Of a stretch of 64,000 nucleotides of DNA, positions 48,428-59,279 are shown piece by piece. The position numbers and the translations under genes were made by a program. Within the stretch, counting starts at the first letter, position 1. Each line of letters starts with the position of its first letter. The DNA comes from Dethiobacteria bacterium (GTDB taxonomy: Bacteria > Bacillota > Dethiobacteria > DTU022 > UBA8154). The notes beneath the pieces are model-generated. The model worked only from the letters and a program-made list of their open reading frames with translations, searched no databases and had not been told where the DNA came from. The stretch spans positions 52,740-116,739 of the forward strand of contig JBMNEO010000010.1 in the NCBI GenBank assembly GCA_050948825.1. Reading direction: 5' to 3'.

Positions 48428-49492
48428 ATGGATGAGCATGAATATATCGGACATTTGCATATCCACTCCACCTTTTCCGACGGCAGCGCCACAGTGCCGG
48501 AGATTGCCGCAGATGCTGCAAAAGCAGGCCTTGACTTTATCGTTATTACCGACCACAATACCCTGGAAGGGTTGGACCGGGGGCTGGAAGGCCGGCATGA
48601 AGGCGTACTTGTTCTTTTCGGTACCGAAATAAATTTGCGCAAAAACCACTATCTAGCTTTTGGTGTCCGCGCAAAAGTACCCCAAAACGAGGAGGATCCC
48701 CAGCAGGTCATCGATGCTGTCAACGGCCTTGGGGGATTCGGGTACCTTGCTCATCCTGTTGAGAAGAGCAACCCGGTTTTTTTGCAGGGGCGCTTTTATC
48801 CCTGGGACAAGTGGGATGTAAGCGGCTTTACAGGACTGGAGATCTGGAATTTTGGCTCCCTATGGAGATCCGCCTTTCGGAACAAGCTGCAGGCCTTTTT
48901 TTTGTATTTTACCGACCCTTACAGGGGAGCCCGCTATCCCGATCCTCAGGGCCTTAATCTGTGGGATTCGCTGAGCCGCGAGCGGCCTCTGGTAGCCTTT
49001 GCAGGCAGCGATGCCCACGGGATTAAGGTGCGGTTTGGACCCTTTAAGCTAAAATTATTTCCGTACGATTTTCTTTTCCGCACCTTGAACACGCATATCC
49101 TTTTGGAGGAAGAGCTTTATGCAGAGATAGATCGGGCGCGGGGGCAGGTTTTTGATGCCCTGCGCGCGGGGCGTTTTTTCATCGGCAGCGATTACCTGGG
49201 GCAGACCCGTGGGTTCAGGTTTACTGCCGGTAATGGCGATAAAGACGAAGTATCCATGGGGCAGGAGTTCCCTTTTTCATCAACAACCGGCCTGCATATT
49301 GTTTCTCCTTCGCCGCGGGGCCTGATCCGTATTATCAAAAACGGCCGGCTCTTCCACGAAAGCCGCCTGCAGGAGATACGTTTCAAGGTAACAGAACCGG
49401 GGACTTATCGCGTGGAGGTGCACCGCCGTATCCTGCTGGGGAGGCATCTTCCCTGGATTTATAGCAACCCTATATATATAAACCAGGGATAA
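48428..49492 (+). CDS. PHP-domain metallohydrolase (CehA/McbA-like)
   Basis: LHIHSTFSDG, ITDHN, AHP, GSDAH, WIYSNPI. Confidence 0.85.
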   Translation: MDEHEYIGHLHIHSTFSDGSATVPEIAADAAKAGLDFIVITDHNTLEGLDRGLEGRHEGVLVLFGTEINLRKNHYLAFGVRAKVPQNEEDPQQVIDAVNGLGGFGYLAHPVEKSNPVFLQGRFYPWDKWDVSGFTGLEIWNFGSLWRSAFRNKLQAFFLYFTDPYRGARYPDPQGLNLWDSLSRERPLVAFAGSDAHGIKVRFGPFKLKLFPYDFLFRTLNTHILLEEELYAEIDRARGQVFDALRAGRFFIGSDYLGQTRGFRFTAGNGDKDEVSMGQEFPFSSTTGLHIVSPSPRGLIRIIKNGRLFHESRLQEIRFKVTEPGTYRVEVHRRILLGRHLPWIYSNPIYINQG

Positions 49493-49704
49493 ACAGCATT
49501 TTTCCCCCTCTGTCAGCGCACTGTGATTCAGGCTGTAATATACTTTCAATAGCGGGAGCAACGGCTTTTTAAGCGGGAGCATGGGATTCCATCGAGGTAC
49601 TGAGAACAAAATCCAGAAACGTTCAAGCTTTTCAAGCTTTTTAGCCATTACAATTAGGGGAGAGTAGAAAACAGAAAAAGTAGGATTTATAAAAAATTCA
49701 AAAA

Positions 49705-49727
49705 GGGCAAGAGCAAGAACCGTCCCC
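49705..49727. repeat. Half REP-like unit (GCAAG variant) just upstream of the ade SD
   Basis: GGGCAAGAGCAAGAACCGTCCCC. Confidence 0.7.
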
Positions 49728-49739
49728 ATAAAAAGAGAG

Positions 49740-51587
49740 GTGTCAGTAATGAATCTACAGGAAAGGGTGCAGCTAATTAGGACAGCCACCGGCCGGGAAA
49801 AGGCCGATTTGGCAGTTGTTAACGGGACGCTGATCAATGTTTATACCGGGGAACTGCTGGAAGGGTACGGGGTGGCTGTTAAGGGAGAGCGGATTGTCTA
49901 CGTGGGAAAAGAAGCCGGGGAGATGGTGGGACCTGACACAACCGTAATTGATGCTGCTGGGAAAATGCTCGTTCCCGGATTTATCGACACCCATGCGCAT
50001 ATGTGCTTCTTCTGTCCGGCCAGCGAGTTTCTTCGCTACTCCATGAGGGGGGGCACTACCACCATTGTCACCGAGCTAATTGAGGTATCCTTCCCGCTCG
50101 GATTCCAGGGAATTATTGAATACCTGGAGTCATGCAGAAACCAACCGGTGAAGATCTTTGGCGTTATCCCGCCTATGCTTACCCTCAGCTCCGGAAGGAA
50201 AAAAATAATTGACAAAGAACAGCTCAGGGAGCTCCTCCGCCGTGATGATGTCCTGGGGCTGGGGGAATCCTACTGGCTGCCGGTACTGGAAGAGGATCGC
50301 AGGATGCTTGAACTTTTCCAGGCAACTATTGAGGCCGGGAAAATAGTTGCCGGCCATTCCGCCGGGGCAAAGGGTGCCAAGCTTGCCGCCTATGCCGCCG
50401 CCGGCGTTCACTCCTGCCACGAGCCCATTACAGCGGAGGAAGTGCTCGAACGGCTGCGTTTGGGCTTGTATGTCCTGGCCAGGGAAGGGGAAACCCGCCA
50501 GGATCTTGAAGATATCTCCAGGATAAAGGATATGAAGGTTGACCTGCAGAACCTTGCTCTGGTTACAGATGGCATAGCCCTCAGACAGCTGGTTGAAAAA
50601 GGCCATATGGAGGCCGTACTGCAAAAGGCCATCGATCTCGGATTTAATCCCGTTACTGCCATTCAGATGGTAACCATCAATCCCGCCAGATACCTGGGCC
50701 TGGATGACCGTATCGGCGGGATTGCTCCGGGCAAATATGCCGATATCGTTGTGCTTCCGGATCTGCAGCACATAAAAGCGGAATATGTCATCAGCAACGG
50801 GTATGTGATTGCGCAGGATAGAGAGCTGCGCGTGCAGCCGAAAAAATATGTTTTTCCCGCATGGACACGCCATGCAATTCATCTGACAAAAAAATATTCG
50901 CCGGATGATTTTTTGATTCAGGTTTCCGGCGGTAGGGGCGCCCCCGGGAGCGGTGAAGGCTTTCTCAGTGAAAGCTCTCCGGCCATTCCCGGAGCAGGCC
51001 ACACAGAAGGCCTTGCAACCGGTTCCATAGAGGTCAGGGTTATCGATCAGGTTGCGGAGCTGGTAACGCAGGAGATACGCTGTGCAGTACCGCTTGCCGG
51101 GGGGCGGGTTGAAGCGGACCCCGCAAGGGATCTTTTGAAAATATCCTGCATTGATTTTCAGGCTTCCCCCGGAAAGCAGTTTGTAGGCTTGATCAGGGGT
51201 TTTAAGTTGAAAAAGGGAGCGATCGCGACCAGCATGGCCTGGGATCTCACAAATATTGTCGCGATCGGGGTTGCTGACGAGGATCTGTCGCTGGCGGTGA
51301 ACAGGGTGATCGAGCTGCAGGGCGGGGCGGTTGTTTGCGCTGACGGCCGGGTCCTGGCCGAGATTCCCCTGCCCATCGGGGGTTATTTAAGCGATTCTCC
51401 GCTTGAAGAGCTTCTCCGGCAGGGGGAAGAGCTTCAGGAGGCTGCCGCCGGCCTGGGCTCTCCCTTTCCCAATACGCATCTGACCCTGATGACTCTTACC
51501 TCCCCTGCGATTCCTTTTTTCCGGATCTGCGAGGAGGGGTTATTTGATATCCGCACCAACAGCCGGGTTGAATTTGTTGTCTGCTAA
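49740..51587 (+). CDS. ade: Adenine deaminase family protein
   Basis: PGFIDTHAH, GH, CHE, VTD, TINPA, GKYAD, C-terminal Ade domain (LPIGG). Confidence 0.82.
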   Translation: MSVMNLQERVQLIRTATGREKADLAVVNGTLINVYTGELLEGYGVAVKGERIVYVGKEAGEMVGPDTTVIDAAGKMLVPGFIDTHAHMCFFCPASEFLRYSMRGGTTTIVTELIEVSFPLGFQGIIEYLESCRNQPVKIFGVIPPMLTLSSGRKKIIDKEQLRELLRRDDVLGLGESYWLPVLEEDRRMLELFQATIEAGKIVAGHSAGAKGAKLAAYAAAGVHSCHEPITAEEVLERLRLGLYVLAREGETRQDLEDISRIKDMKVDLQNLALVTDGIALRQLVEKGHMEAVLQKAIDLGFNPVTAIQMVTINPARYLGLDDRIGGIAPGKYADIVVLPDLQHIKAEYVISNGYVIAQDRELRVQPKKYVFPAWTRHAIHLTKKYSPDDFLIQVSGGRGAPGSGEGFLSESSPAIPGAGHTEGLATGSIEVRVIDQVAELVTQEIRCAVPLAGGRVEADPARDLLKISCIDFQASPGKQFVGLIRGFKLKKGAIATSMAWDLTNIVAIGVADEDLSLAVNRVIELQGGAVVCADGRVLAEIPLPIGGYLSDSPLEELLRQGEELQEAAAGLGSPFPNTHLTLMTLTSPAIPFFRICEEGLFDIRTNSRVEFVVC

Positions 51588-51995
51588 AGAAAAACAAAAA
51601 AATGAGCCTTGCATTTTTTGAAAATGATGAGATAATATGGCTTGTACAGCGCAACCAAAATACCCTGCTATACGTTTATATTATTTAGAAGCGCCTAGAG
51701 CGCCGCTTGGAAAAGATTACCTTGGTCTTGTTGAAGGGATTTATCTCTGTGATAAAGAAATTTAGTGTGATAAACGTGATAAACTTAGTGTGATAAAGAT
51801 ACTTAAAAAGAAAACGTAGTTATTTTTGGTTACTTTAGTTTCCGGCAACTTCATTTCCGGCATTTTTAGACCGATGCTTTTAGTTGCTTGCTTATGGTGG
51901 CTATTGCCGGGCAGATTACTGTAGTAAATCCGGCCGGAAGATTGTTACAGGTAAATTCGGCTGGCAGATTACTGAAAGACAGGAGACAATATTTT

Positions 51996-53078
51996 ATGTT
52001 GGAATTTATAGTACCGGCTCTTGCTTTTGGACTGGCCTTTCTGCTTACCCCCTTATTCAGGCACCTGGCTTTTAGGGTCGGGGCTATGGACCAACCCAAT
52101 TCGCGGAAGATACACCATCAGGCGATGCCTCTTCTCGGTGGCGCAGCCATATATGCATCCTTCTGGGTTTCTGCGGCGGTTATACTTTACTTTTTTGACG
52201 GCGGGGGTCAGTTCTGGGGCCTGTTCTTGGGCAGCACCCTGATCTTTGCACTGGGGCTCTACGATGACCTGCGGGGCCTTTCCTATAAGGCAAAGTTTAT
52301 TGGACAGTTTGCGGCAGCCCTTTTCCTGCTGGCCTATAATGTCAGGATTGAGTTTATTACCCTTCCGTTTCAGGATATTATCTTCCTGGGTATTTTTATC
52401 ATACCCCTTACCCTGTTATGGGTGGTGGGGATTACAAATGCCGTGAACCTTATCGACGGTGTTGATGGGCTCGCTACCGGGGTTTCAGTTATTGCCGCCG
52501 TGGTTATCTTTGCCCTCACCTGGGACGAATTCCACCTGGTTCCGGTTTTGGCACTCATTTTAGCCGGAGCCGCCCTGGGCTTTTTGCCGCACAACTTTTC
52601 ACCGGCGCGTATTTTCCTCGGCGATGCCGGAAGCCTTTTTTTGGGCTTTATGCTGGCCGGCTTTGCCATTATGGGCCTGACCAAGCAGGCCACCTTTACC
52701 ACCCTTGTTATCCCTGTACTTGTTTTCGGGCTTCCCATCACGGATACTTTTTATGCCATGTGGAGGCGTTTTAGAAGCAACAAGCCGATTTTCCAGGCGG
52801 ACAATGGCCATATTCACCACCGGCTGCTGAATGTAGGGCTTACCACCCGACAGACGGTTATGGTCCTCTATACCTGCAGCATTTATTTTGGCGCTGCCGC
52901 AATACTATTCCACCATTTTTCCGGTATCGGCAATTATCTTTTCCTCGTTATTTTTGCCCTTTTTCTCCTGGGGATTAAACATCTGGATAATCTCAGCAGT
53001 ATCTTAACTGCGGTAAACGGCTCCCATTATTCCGGCAAGCCCGAAAAGCCGCATAAGGATTACAATCAAGGGTTATAA
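51996..53078 (+). CDS. tagO: Undecaprenyl-phosphate GlcNAc-1-phosphate transferase (TagO/WecA)
   Basis: RKIH..MPLLGG, GLYDD, NLIDGVDG, FLGDAG, HIHHRL; start set at ATG 51996. Confidence 0.88.
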   Translation: MLEFIVPALAFGLAFLLTPLFRHLAFRVGAMDQPNSRKIHHQAMPLLGGAAIYASFWVSAAVILYFFDGGGQFWGLFLGSTLIFALGLYDDLRGLSYKAKFIGQFAAALFLLAYNVRIEFITLPFQDIIFLGIFIIPLTLLWVVGITNAVNLIDGVDGLATGVSVIAAVVIFALTWDEFHLVPVLALILAGAALGFLPHNFSPARIFLGDAGSLFLGFMLAGFAIMGLTKQATFTTLVIPVLVFGLPITDTFYAMWRRFRSNKPIFQADNGHIHHRLLNVGLTTRQTVMVLYTCSIYFGAAAILFHHFSGIGNYLFLVIFALFLLGIKHLDNLSSILTAVNGSHYSGKPEKPHKDYNQGL

Positions 53079-53131
53079 ATAAAATATGTCCAATATATAA
53101 TATCGTACGAAATGGAAAAGGAATATCCACC

Positions 53132-54295
53132 ATGCAAGAGTTAAAAATATTGAGTATTGTGGGGACTCGCCCCGAGGGGATTAAGATGGCCCCGCTGATC
53201 CGTATTTTAGAGAAAACTGCGGAGATAAATTCCGTTCTCTGTCTAACTGCCCAGCACCGGGAGATGCTCGACCAGGTGCTTTCGCTTTTTAAGATACAGC
53301 CCCGCTACGACCTCAATCTTATGAAAGAAAGCCAGAGCCTGACCCATATCACGGCGCGTGCGCTCGAAGGTCTGGAAAAAATAATCCTGCGGGAGAAGCC
53401 GCAGATGGTGCTCGTCCAGGGAGATACAACCACTACCATGGCAGGGTCTCTTGCGGCATTCTACCACAAAATCCCGGTCGGGCATGTAGAGGCCGGGCTG
53501 CGCACCTGGGATAAATACGCCCCCTTTCCGGAGGAGATCAACCGCCGGATAAACAGCGTCATCGCCGAGCTGCACTTTGCGCCTACAGATATATCCCGCC
53601 AAAACCTGCTGCGGGAGGGTCTTCCGGCGGAAAAGATTTTTGTGACCGGAAATACGGTCATTGATGCCCTGAAAACCACAGTGCAGCCGGATTTTGTATT
53701 TGACGATCCCTTCCTGAGGGAATTTGATTTTGATTCCTCGAGGGTCCTGCTGGTCGAGGCTCACCGGCGCGAAAATTTAGGCCGTCCGCTGCAGGAGATC
53801 TGCCTTGCCCTCCTTGACCTGCTGCAGGCCTTTCCCGATACTTTTCTGTTCTTTCCCGTGCATAAAAACCCGGCCGTACGGAGCACGGTTTATCAATACC
53901 TGGAGGGGCATCCCAGGGCCCGCCTCCTGGAACCGCTTGATGCTTTTTCATTTCATAACCTCATGGCCCGCTCTTACCTGATCCTTACCGATTCCGGGGG
54001 GATCCAGGAAGAGGCCCCCGCTCTGGGGAGACCGGTCCTTGTTCTGCGCGATGTTACCGAGCGCCCCGAAGCCCTGGCGGCGGGTACCGCTCTTTTAGCC
54101 GGAACGAATCGGGAAGCGATCGTTAAAATGGCCTCCGGGCTGCTGCGGGACAGCTCTACTTATGCCGCTATGGCCCGTGCTGCCAATCCCTATGGAGATG
54201 GTATGGCCTCAGAGCGGATTCGCGATATCATCCTCCACTATTTCGGGCGGCGGAGATCACTGCCGGAACCATTCAGCCCGGTTAGCCCTGATTAA
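53132..54295 (+). CDS. wecB: UDP-GlcNAc 2-epimerase (non-hydrolyzing)
   Basis: GTRPEGIK, QGDT, HVEAGLR, HRREN, TDSGGIQEEA, NPYGDG. Confidence 0.95.
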   Translation: MQELKILSIVGTRPEGIKMAPLIRILEKTAEINSVLCLTAQHREMLDQVLSLFKIQPRYDLNLMKESQSLTHITARALEGLEKIILREKPQMVLVQGDTTTTMAGSLAAFYHKIPVGHVEAGLRTWDKYAPFPEEINRRINSVIAELHFAPTDISRQNLLREGLPAEKIFVTGNTVIDALKTTVQPDFVFDDPFLREFDFDSSRVLLVEAHRRENLGRPLQEICLALLDLLQAFPDTFLFFPVHKNPAVRSTVYQYLEGHPRARLLEPLDAFSFHNLMARSYLILTDSGGIQEEAPALGRPVLVLRDVTERPEALAAGTALLAGTNREAIVKMASGLLRDSSTYAAMARAANPYGDGMASERIRDIILHYFGRRRSLPEPFSPVSPD

Positions 54296-54426
54296 TAAAC
54301 AACCTGCAATGCTATTAACCACCAGCCTAATTCTATTTAGCCCTTTAATTTATATGAAAAAAAGAAGGATTATCCAATTATGTACAGAAATACTCTTATC
54401 ATTAAAAGGGCAGGAAGATAAAAAAT

Positions 54427-55644
54427 ATGAATAACTTTTATAAAACTTTAACTATTGCATTCTTATCGGCTTTTGTTTTCGGGTTGGTCATGCAATCTAT
54501 TCCTCCTATACTGCCCATTTTAATCGAGGAAATAGGGCTCTCCCATACGCAGGGGGGGGCACTGATGAGCCTCTTTGCCCTTCCCGGTATATTTTTCTCC
54601 ATACCGGGAGGTGTGCTTGCCGACTTTTATGGGCCGCGGAAAATAGGCATGTATTCCCTGTTAATTATGATTGCCGGTACGCTCATCGTTGCAACGGGGG
54701 CATCCTATACTACTCTGGCCCTGGGAAGGTTTATCGCCGGTATCGGTGGCACTACCATCATCATCATTGCCGCCCAGTCCATCTCCGGGGGATTTGAAGG
54801 GAATAAAAGCAGGGGAATAGGGCTGGGGATTTTCAATGCCGGGGTTCCTGCGGGAGTAATATTTTCTCTGAATGTTTTCAATCGCCTTGCCGTTGCCTGG
54901 GATAATTGGCAATTGCCTATTCTAATTTCGGCTTTTTTCTGCCTGGTTGTCCTGTTTCTGCTCTGGAGATACAGGGGAATTGAAACAGCTTTTAATAGTT
55001 CTGAAGAAAAAGCCGGCTTTCACCAAAAAGGGCGTCCCGATTACCTGGAAAGCTTTAGAAACCTGGGAAGCTACGGAAGCATTTGGATAGTCGGTCTTAT
55101 CTGGTTTCTTTTTCTGTGTGCCAGGACTGCCGCGCTGACTTTTGGGCCGGACTTTTTCATAACCGTTGGTTACGGCTATGCCTATGCCGGATTTTTGGCC
55201 AGCCTGTTTGCCTTGGGCTCACTATTTATTTCCCCCATCGCCGGTTATATTATTGATAAAACCGGAAAAACGGAGCTGTACTTGATTACGGGAGGAGCTA
55301 TACTCGTCCTTCTGCATGTACTGCTTGTAACCTCTCCGTGGCATTTTCCCATAGCGTTTGTCATCGGAGTGGTGGGTGCGCTTTTCCCTTTTTCTGTCTT
55401 TTACTTTGTTCCCCTGCTTCTCCCACAGGAAAAACTTGGAAAGGGTTTGGGTGTGTTGCGGATCTGTGAAAATGCCGGCATACTGATTGGCCCATTTTTT
55501 GTCGGCTTAATCTATGACCTGACCATATCCTATTTTTACTGCTTCATGCTGATAGCCGCCTTTTTCCTGGGGACGGTTGCAAGCTCCATAGCGCTGAAGA
55601 TTTCTTTGAAAAAACCCCCTTGTCTTGAAAAGAACTATGAATAA
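54427..55644 (+). CDS. MFS transporter
   Basis: GVLADFYGPR motif A, GRFIAGIG, about 12 TM. Confidence 0.88.
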   Translation: MNNFYKTLTIAFLSAFVFGLVMQSIPPILPILIEEIGLSHTQGGALMSLFALPGIFFSIPGGVLADFYGPRKIGMYSLLIMIAGTLIVATGASYTTLALGRFIAGIGGTTIIIIAAQSISGGFEGNKSRGIGLGIFNAGVPAGVIFSLNVFNRLAVAWDNWQLPILISAFFCLVVLFLLWRYRGIETAFNSSEEKAGFHQKGRPDYLESFRNLGSYGSIWIVGLIWFLFLCARTAALTFGPDFFITVGYGYAYAGFLASLFALGSLFISPIAGYIIDKTGKTELYLITGGAILVLLHVLLVTSPWHFPIAFVIGVVGALFPFSVFYFVPLLLPQEKLGKGLGVLRICENAGILIGPFFVGLIYDLTISYFYCFMLIAAFFLGTVASSIALKISLKKPPCLEKNYE

Positions 55645-55677
55645 ATCTTAGCTGAGGGAGAATCAATAAATCTTCGG

Positions 55678-55706
55678 TAGACAGGGATATAATAATGTGA
55701 TATTCT
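55678..55706 (+). promoter_or_regulatory. SigA-type promoter of cob operon
   Basis: TAGACA-N17-TATTCT with extended TG, just 5' of the riboswitch. Confidence 0.5.
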
Positions 55707-55726
55707 AAAGCAAAGAAAATATTGTG

Positions 55727-55884
55727 CATCCGGGTGTCAAAAGACTTAATAGGGAAGCCGGTGAAAGTCCGGCGTGGTCCCGCCACTGTAAGCGGCGAGT
55801 TCTCCCGCAAAAGCCACTGGTCCCAAGGGGCTGGGAAGGTTGGGGGAAAACGTTGACCCGCAAGCCAGGAGACCTGCCCAGATG
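55727..55884 (+). ncRNA. Cobalamin riboswitch
   Basis: AATAGGGAA.CCGGTG.AA.TCCGG, CCCGCCACTGT, GCCACTG, GGGAAGG, B12 box AGCCAGGAGACCTGCC. Confidence 0.95.
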
Positions 55885-55962
55885 CGAGTTCGGCCCCCTT
55901 CGGGTAAAAGGGCAAGGCGAGTGGTAGAACCGCGCGAATTTCCCGTGGTTTTTTTGTTAGGC

Positions 55963-56001
55963 AAACCCCAGCTTGTTTACCTCAGGAGGCTGGGGTTTTT
56001 T
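55963..56001 (+). terminator. Riboswitch expression-platform terminator
   Basis: AAACCCCAGC...GCTGGGGTTTTTT; a second hairpin plus T-run at 55928-55955. Confidence 0.65.
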
Positions 56002-56107
56002 GGTGGAGCGGCGCGGTGTAGCTCGTTTCCGGGTTCGCGCAGACAGGTTCTACCGCTCATCCTGGCTATACGCTATAATGCTTTAGGAGTGTGATGATGG
56101 ATTGGGT

Positions 56108-57071
56108 GTGAAGAAGTATACAACAGCGATGCTGGTTCTGTTGATTTTGGTTCTATTGATGTTGGCCATGTTCTGCGGCGGTTGTGGTGGGCCGGCGAAT
56201 GTTGCTGGTGAAAATGCCGGAAGCGGAAGCGGAGCTGACGCCCCGGGCGAAGGTTATCGATCAGGCCGGCAGGGAGCTGGTCCTTTATAGGGTTCCGCAG
56301 AGGATAGTCTCCCTTTCGCCGGCCAATACGGAGTTCGCCTGTGCCCTGGGGCTGGGAGAGCGGTTGGTGGGGGTGACCGACTACTGCGACTACCCTCCGG
56401 GGGTTGAGGATAAACCAAAGGTGGGGGGGTTTGCCGATCCCAACCTGGAACAGATTATTGCCATGGAGCCGGAGCTCGTCCTGGCGGGAGATATGCACTC
56501 TGATGTGACGGAAAAGCTTGAGGATATGGGGATAGCGGTACTCGTTTTAACCCCGGTAACCCTGGATGATGTCTACGCATCGCTGGAGCTGCTGGCGGAG
56601 GTAACGGACTCCGATGAGGAATGCGCAGAGCTGACTGCAAAGATGCAGGAGCGCATCGGAGCGGTGCAGGATGCGCTTGCCTCCCTGGATGAAAGGGAGC
56701 GGGTACGCGTTTATTTTGAGATCTATGCCGACCCGCTGATGAGTGTGGGGAAGCGGTCTGTGATCCACGAAATTATTACCCTTGCCGGGGGAGCGAACAT
56801 CTTTGCCGATGTTGATGATACTTACCCAACCGTCAGCGCGGAAGCCGTGGTCAATAGAAACCCGCAGATTATCCTTTTCCCCAACTATCACGGAACGGAG
56901 GAATTATTGTCCGGGCTGCTGCAGGAGCGTCCGGGCTGGAGCAAGATATCCGCAATTGCCAGCGGACGGGTTCACGGTGTCGATAATGACGCTTTTTCCC
57001 GGCCCGGCCCGCGAATTGTCGATGCGGTGGAAGAGGCGGCAAGGATCTTTTACCCCGCACTCTTCGAATAA
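56108..57071 (+). pseudogene. btuF: Cobalamin-binding lipoprotein BtuF, frameshifted between signal peptide and mature domain
   Basis: Signal/lipobox MKKY...CGGC in one frame; VIDQAGR..PQRIVSLSPANTE, RPGPR in another. Confidence 0.75.
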
Positions 57072-57203
57072 ATAGGAATAAAGGAATAGCAAGAAAAAAA
57101 TCTGCTGGTTTCCAACACCAAACATTCTAGATTCTGAATGTTGGACTCTAGATACAGCCGATTCTGAATACATAACATAGTCTTTTGTCGCAAGGAGGCA
57201 CAC

Positions 57204-57800
57204 ATGGAGGATACAAGAGGCAAGCTTATACTGGTTACAGGAGGGGCGCGCAGCGGTAAGAGCACTTTTGCGGAAAACTGCGCCCGGGAGGCCTCCAAAA
57301 GGGTAGTATATATCGCTACCGCGGCCGGGGATGATGAAGAGATGCGCAGACGCATTGCAGCTCACCGGCAGCGGCGCCCAAAGCATTTTATTACTATAGA
57401 AGAGCGCTATTATCCCCACCTTGTCCTGGAAAAGGAAGGGCGGGGGGACACCTTTATTCTCCTGGACTGCCTGACGCTGCTGCTGAGCAACCACCTCATA
57501 AAGGAGGCCTACGGGGAAGGCGGGGCAGAGCGGAACCAAGGGGAAATACTGGCCGATGCTGCGGAGCAGGAGAGGGTGATGGAACGGATACTGGAGTATT
57601 TCGGCAGCCTCTCCCTTTTAATGCGCAGCAGCCCGGCCGATGTCCTTGTGGTGACAAACGAGGTCGGTATGGGCCTGGTTCCGGAGTACCCCCTGAGCAG
57701 GGTCTTTCGCGATCTTTCGGGGAGGGCCAACCAGATCATGGCTTCCCGCGCGGATGAGGTCTGGTTCACGGTCTGCGGAATTCCCCAAAGAATTAAGTAA
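57204..57800 (+). CDS. cobU: Adenosylcobinamide kinase/guanylyltransferase
   Basis: TGGARSGKS, YIAT, LLDCLT, VTNEVG.G, FRD..G.ANQ. Confidence 0.95.
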   Translation: MEDTRGKLILVTGGARSGKSTFAENCAREASKRVVYIATAAGDDEEMRRRIAAHRQRRPKHFITIEERYYPHLVLEKEGRGDTFILLDCLTLLLSNHLIKEAYGEGGAERNQGEILADAAEQERVMERILEYFGSLSLLMRSSPADVLVVTNEVGMGLVPEYPLSRVFRDLSGRANQIMASRADEVWFTVCGIPQRIK

Positions 57801-57935
57801 ATGCGACATCGGGGACGGTTCTCCCTGTCGCATTATGCAGAGAGTGCGACACTAGGGACGGTTCTCCCTGTCGCATGACATTGGAGACGTGCGACACTAG
57901 GGACGGTTCTCACTGTCGCATGACATTGGAGACGT
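57801..57935. repeat. Three REP-like palindromes, last two in a 45-bp tandem duplication
   Basis: Cores at about 57812, 57855, 57900. Confidence 0.85.
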
Positions 57936-58008
57936 TTTCACTTTTGCACTTTGCAGAGAGAATACCCAGAAAGAACACCCTTAAAATAGTGAATAAAGAC
58001 GAGGTTAA

Positions 58009-59001
58009 ATGATGGGAATGTGGTTTGATTTAGGAGCGCTTATTCTGGCGTTTGGTCTCGACCTCCTTCTGGGGGACCCCCGCTGCCTCCCCCACCCGGT
58101 CAGGGCAATCGGCGGGGCTGTTCTCATCCTCGAGGGGCTTTCCCGCAGGTTGTTCCATAGCGCGGCGGGCTTGAGGTTTGCCGGGGGGGTGATTGTCTTT
58201 CTGGTTGCCGGGGGCTGCGCTGCGGCGGCCTTTTACGCTCTGAAGTATGCATTTTACCTGCATTTCCTGCCGGGGATGCTGCTTTCGATCTACCTTTACT
58301 ATGCGATGATCGCCACCGGGGATATGCTCCGGCATGTACGGCCGGTAGAGGCTGCGTTTGCGGGGGATAACCTTCCCCTGGCAAGGGAGCGGGCAGGCCT
58401 GCTCGTCAGCCGGGATACCGCCGGCCTTGACGAGGAAGGGGTTGTCAGGGCTGCCCTGGAAAGCCTGTTTGAAAACGCTGCCGACGGCGTGGTTGCCCCG
58501 CTCTTTTATGCAGCCCTGGGTGGGCCGGCCCTGGCGGTTTTATACAAAGCAGTAAACACTATGGATTCTATGCTGGGTTACAGGACGCCGCGCTACTTTT
58601 ACCTGGGCTGGGCGTCGGCGCGTGCAGATGATCTGTTGAGCTATATACCCGCCCGCCTTACCGCATTGCTTTTTATCCTGGCTGGGGCGCTTGGCCGCCT
58701 TAACTGGAAACAGGGCTGGAGAACGCTCCTGCAGGACAGAAAGAAACACGATAGCCCGAACAGTGCGTGGCCGGAAGCTGCCGCTGCCGGGGTTCTGGGA
58801 ATCAGGCTCGGCGGGCGCGATCGTTATCACGGGAAGGAGATTAGCCGCCCGCACCTGAACAGTACCGGCAGACCCCCCTGCCGGCGAGATTTTGCCCCGG
58901 CGCTTGCCCTATTCAAGGGTGTATCCCTTTTGGCATTACTAGCGGCGCTGGCGCTGATGATGATGGTTTTTTGGTGGGGCGCAATACCGTGGTTCGCTTA
59001 A
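58009..59001 (+). CDS. cbiB: Adenosylcobinamide-phosphate synthase
   Basis: GDP..PHPV, VSRDT, ESLFEN..DG, NTMDSMLGY, SPNSAWPEA. Confidence 0.94.
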   Translation: MMGMWFDLGALILAFGLDLLLGDPRCLPHPVRAIGGAVLILEGLSRRLFHSAAGLRFAGGVIVFLVAGGCAAAAFYALKYAFYLHFLPGMLLSIYLYYAMIATGDMLRHVRPVEAAFAGDNLPLARERAGLLVSRDTAGLDEEGVVRAALESLFENAADGVVAPLFYAALGGPALAVLYKAVNTMDSMLGYRTPRYFYLGWASARADDLLSYIPARLTALLFILAGALGRLNWKQGWRTLLQDRKKHDSPNSAWPEAAAAGVLGIRLGGRDRYHGKEISRPHLNSTGRPPCRRDFAPALALFKGVSLLALLAALALMMMVFWWGAIPWFA

Positions 59002-59279
59002 AAAATGGCACAGGCAGGTTTTACTCCCGGTTTCTGTACCGGTTTTGGTATAGGAATTAGCGCATGAGACATTCCAATGAAAAAGCTTTATTCTCAATTG
59101 TTTTATACAATGTACGCATCTTTTGCCTGTTGATAACGATATTTTAACATTATATACTGTTTTCAGTAAGGCTTTCCTGAGAAGTAACGACAGAAAATGC
59201 AGGGACCTTGATTTGTTATAATTTTAGTTCTCATAGTATTATTGCTATTGCTATCATATTGCCGCAAGGGGGTTGGGCT

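Noticed and set aside
50130-51002. Long antisense ORFs (also 2409-3122, 32510-33277, 62616-63518)
   Set aside because: Shadow frames of well-supported genes with no recognizable motifs
51748-51797. DnaA boxes / oriC
   Set aside because: TGTGATAA is one base short of TGTGGATAA, and dnaA is not in the window
57801-57935. Palindromic repeats with spacers resembling a CRISPR array (also 5932-6038)
   Set aside because: Spacers are 11-14 nt and two are identical, units are dispersed genome-wide in both orientations, and no cas genes are seen
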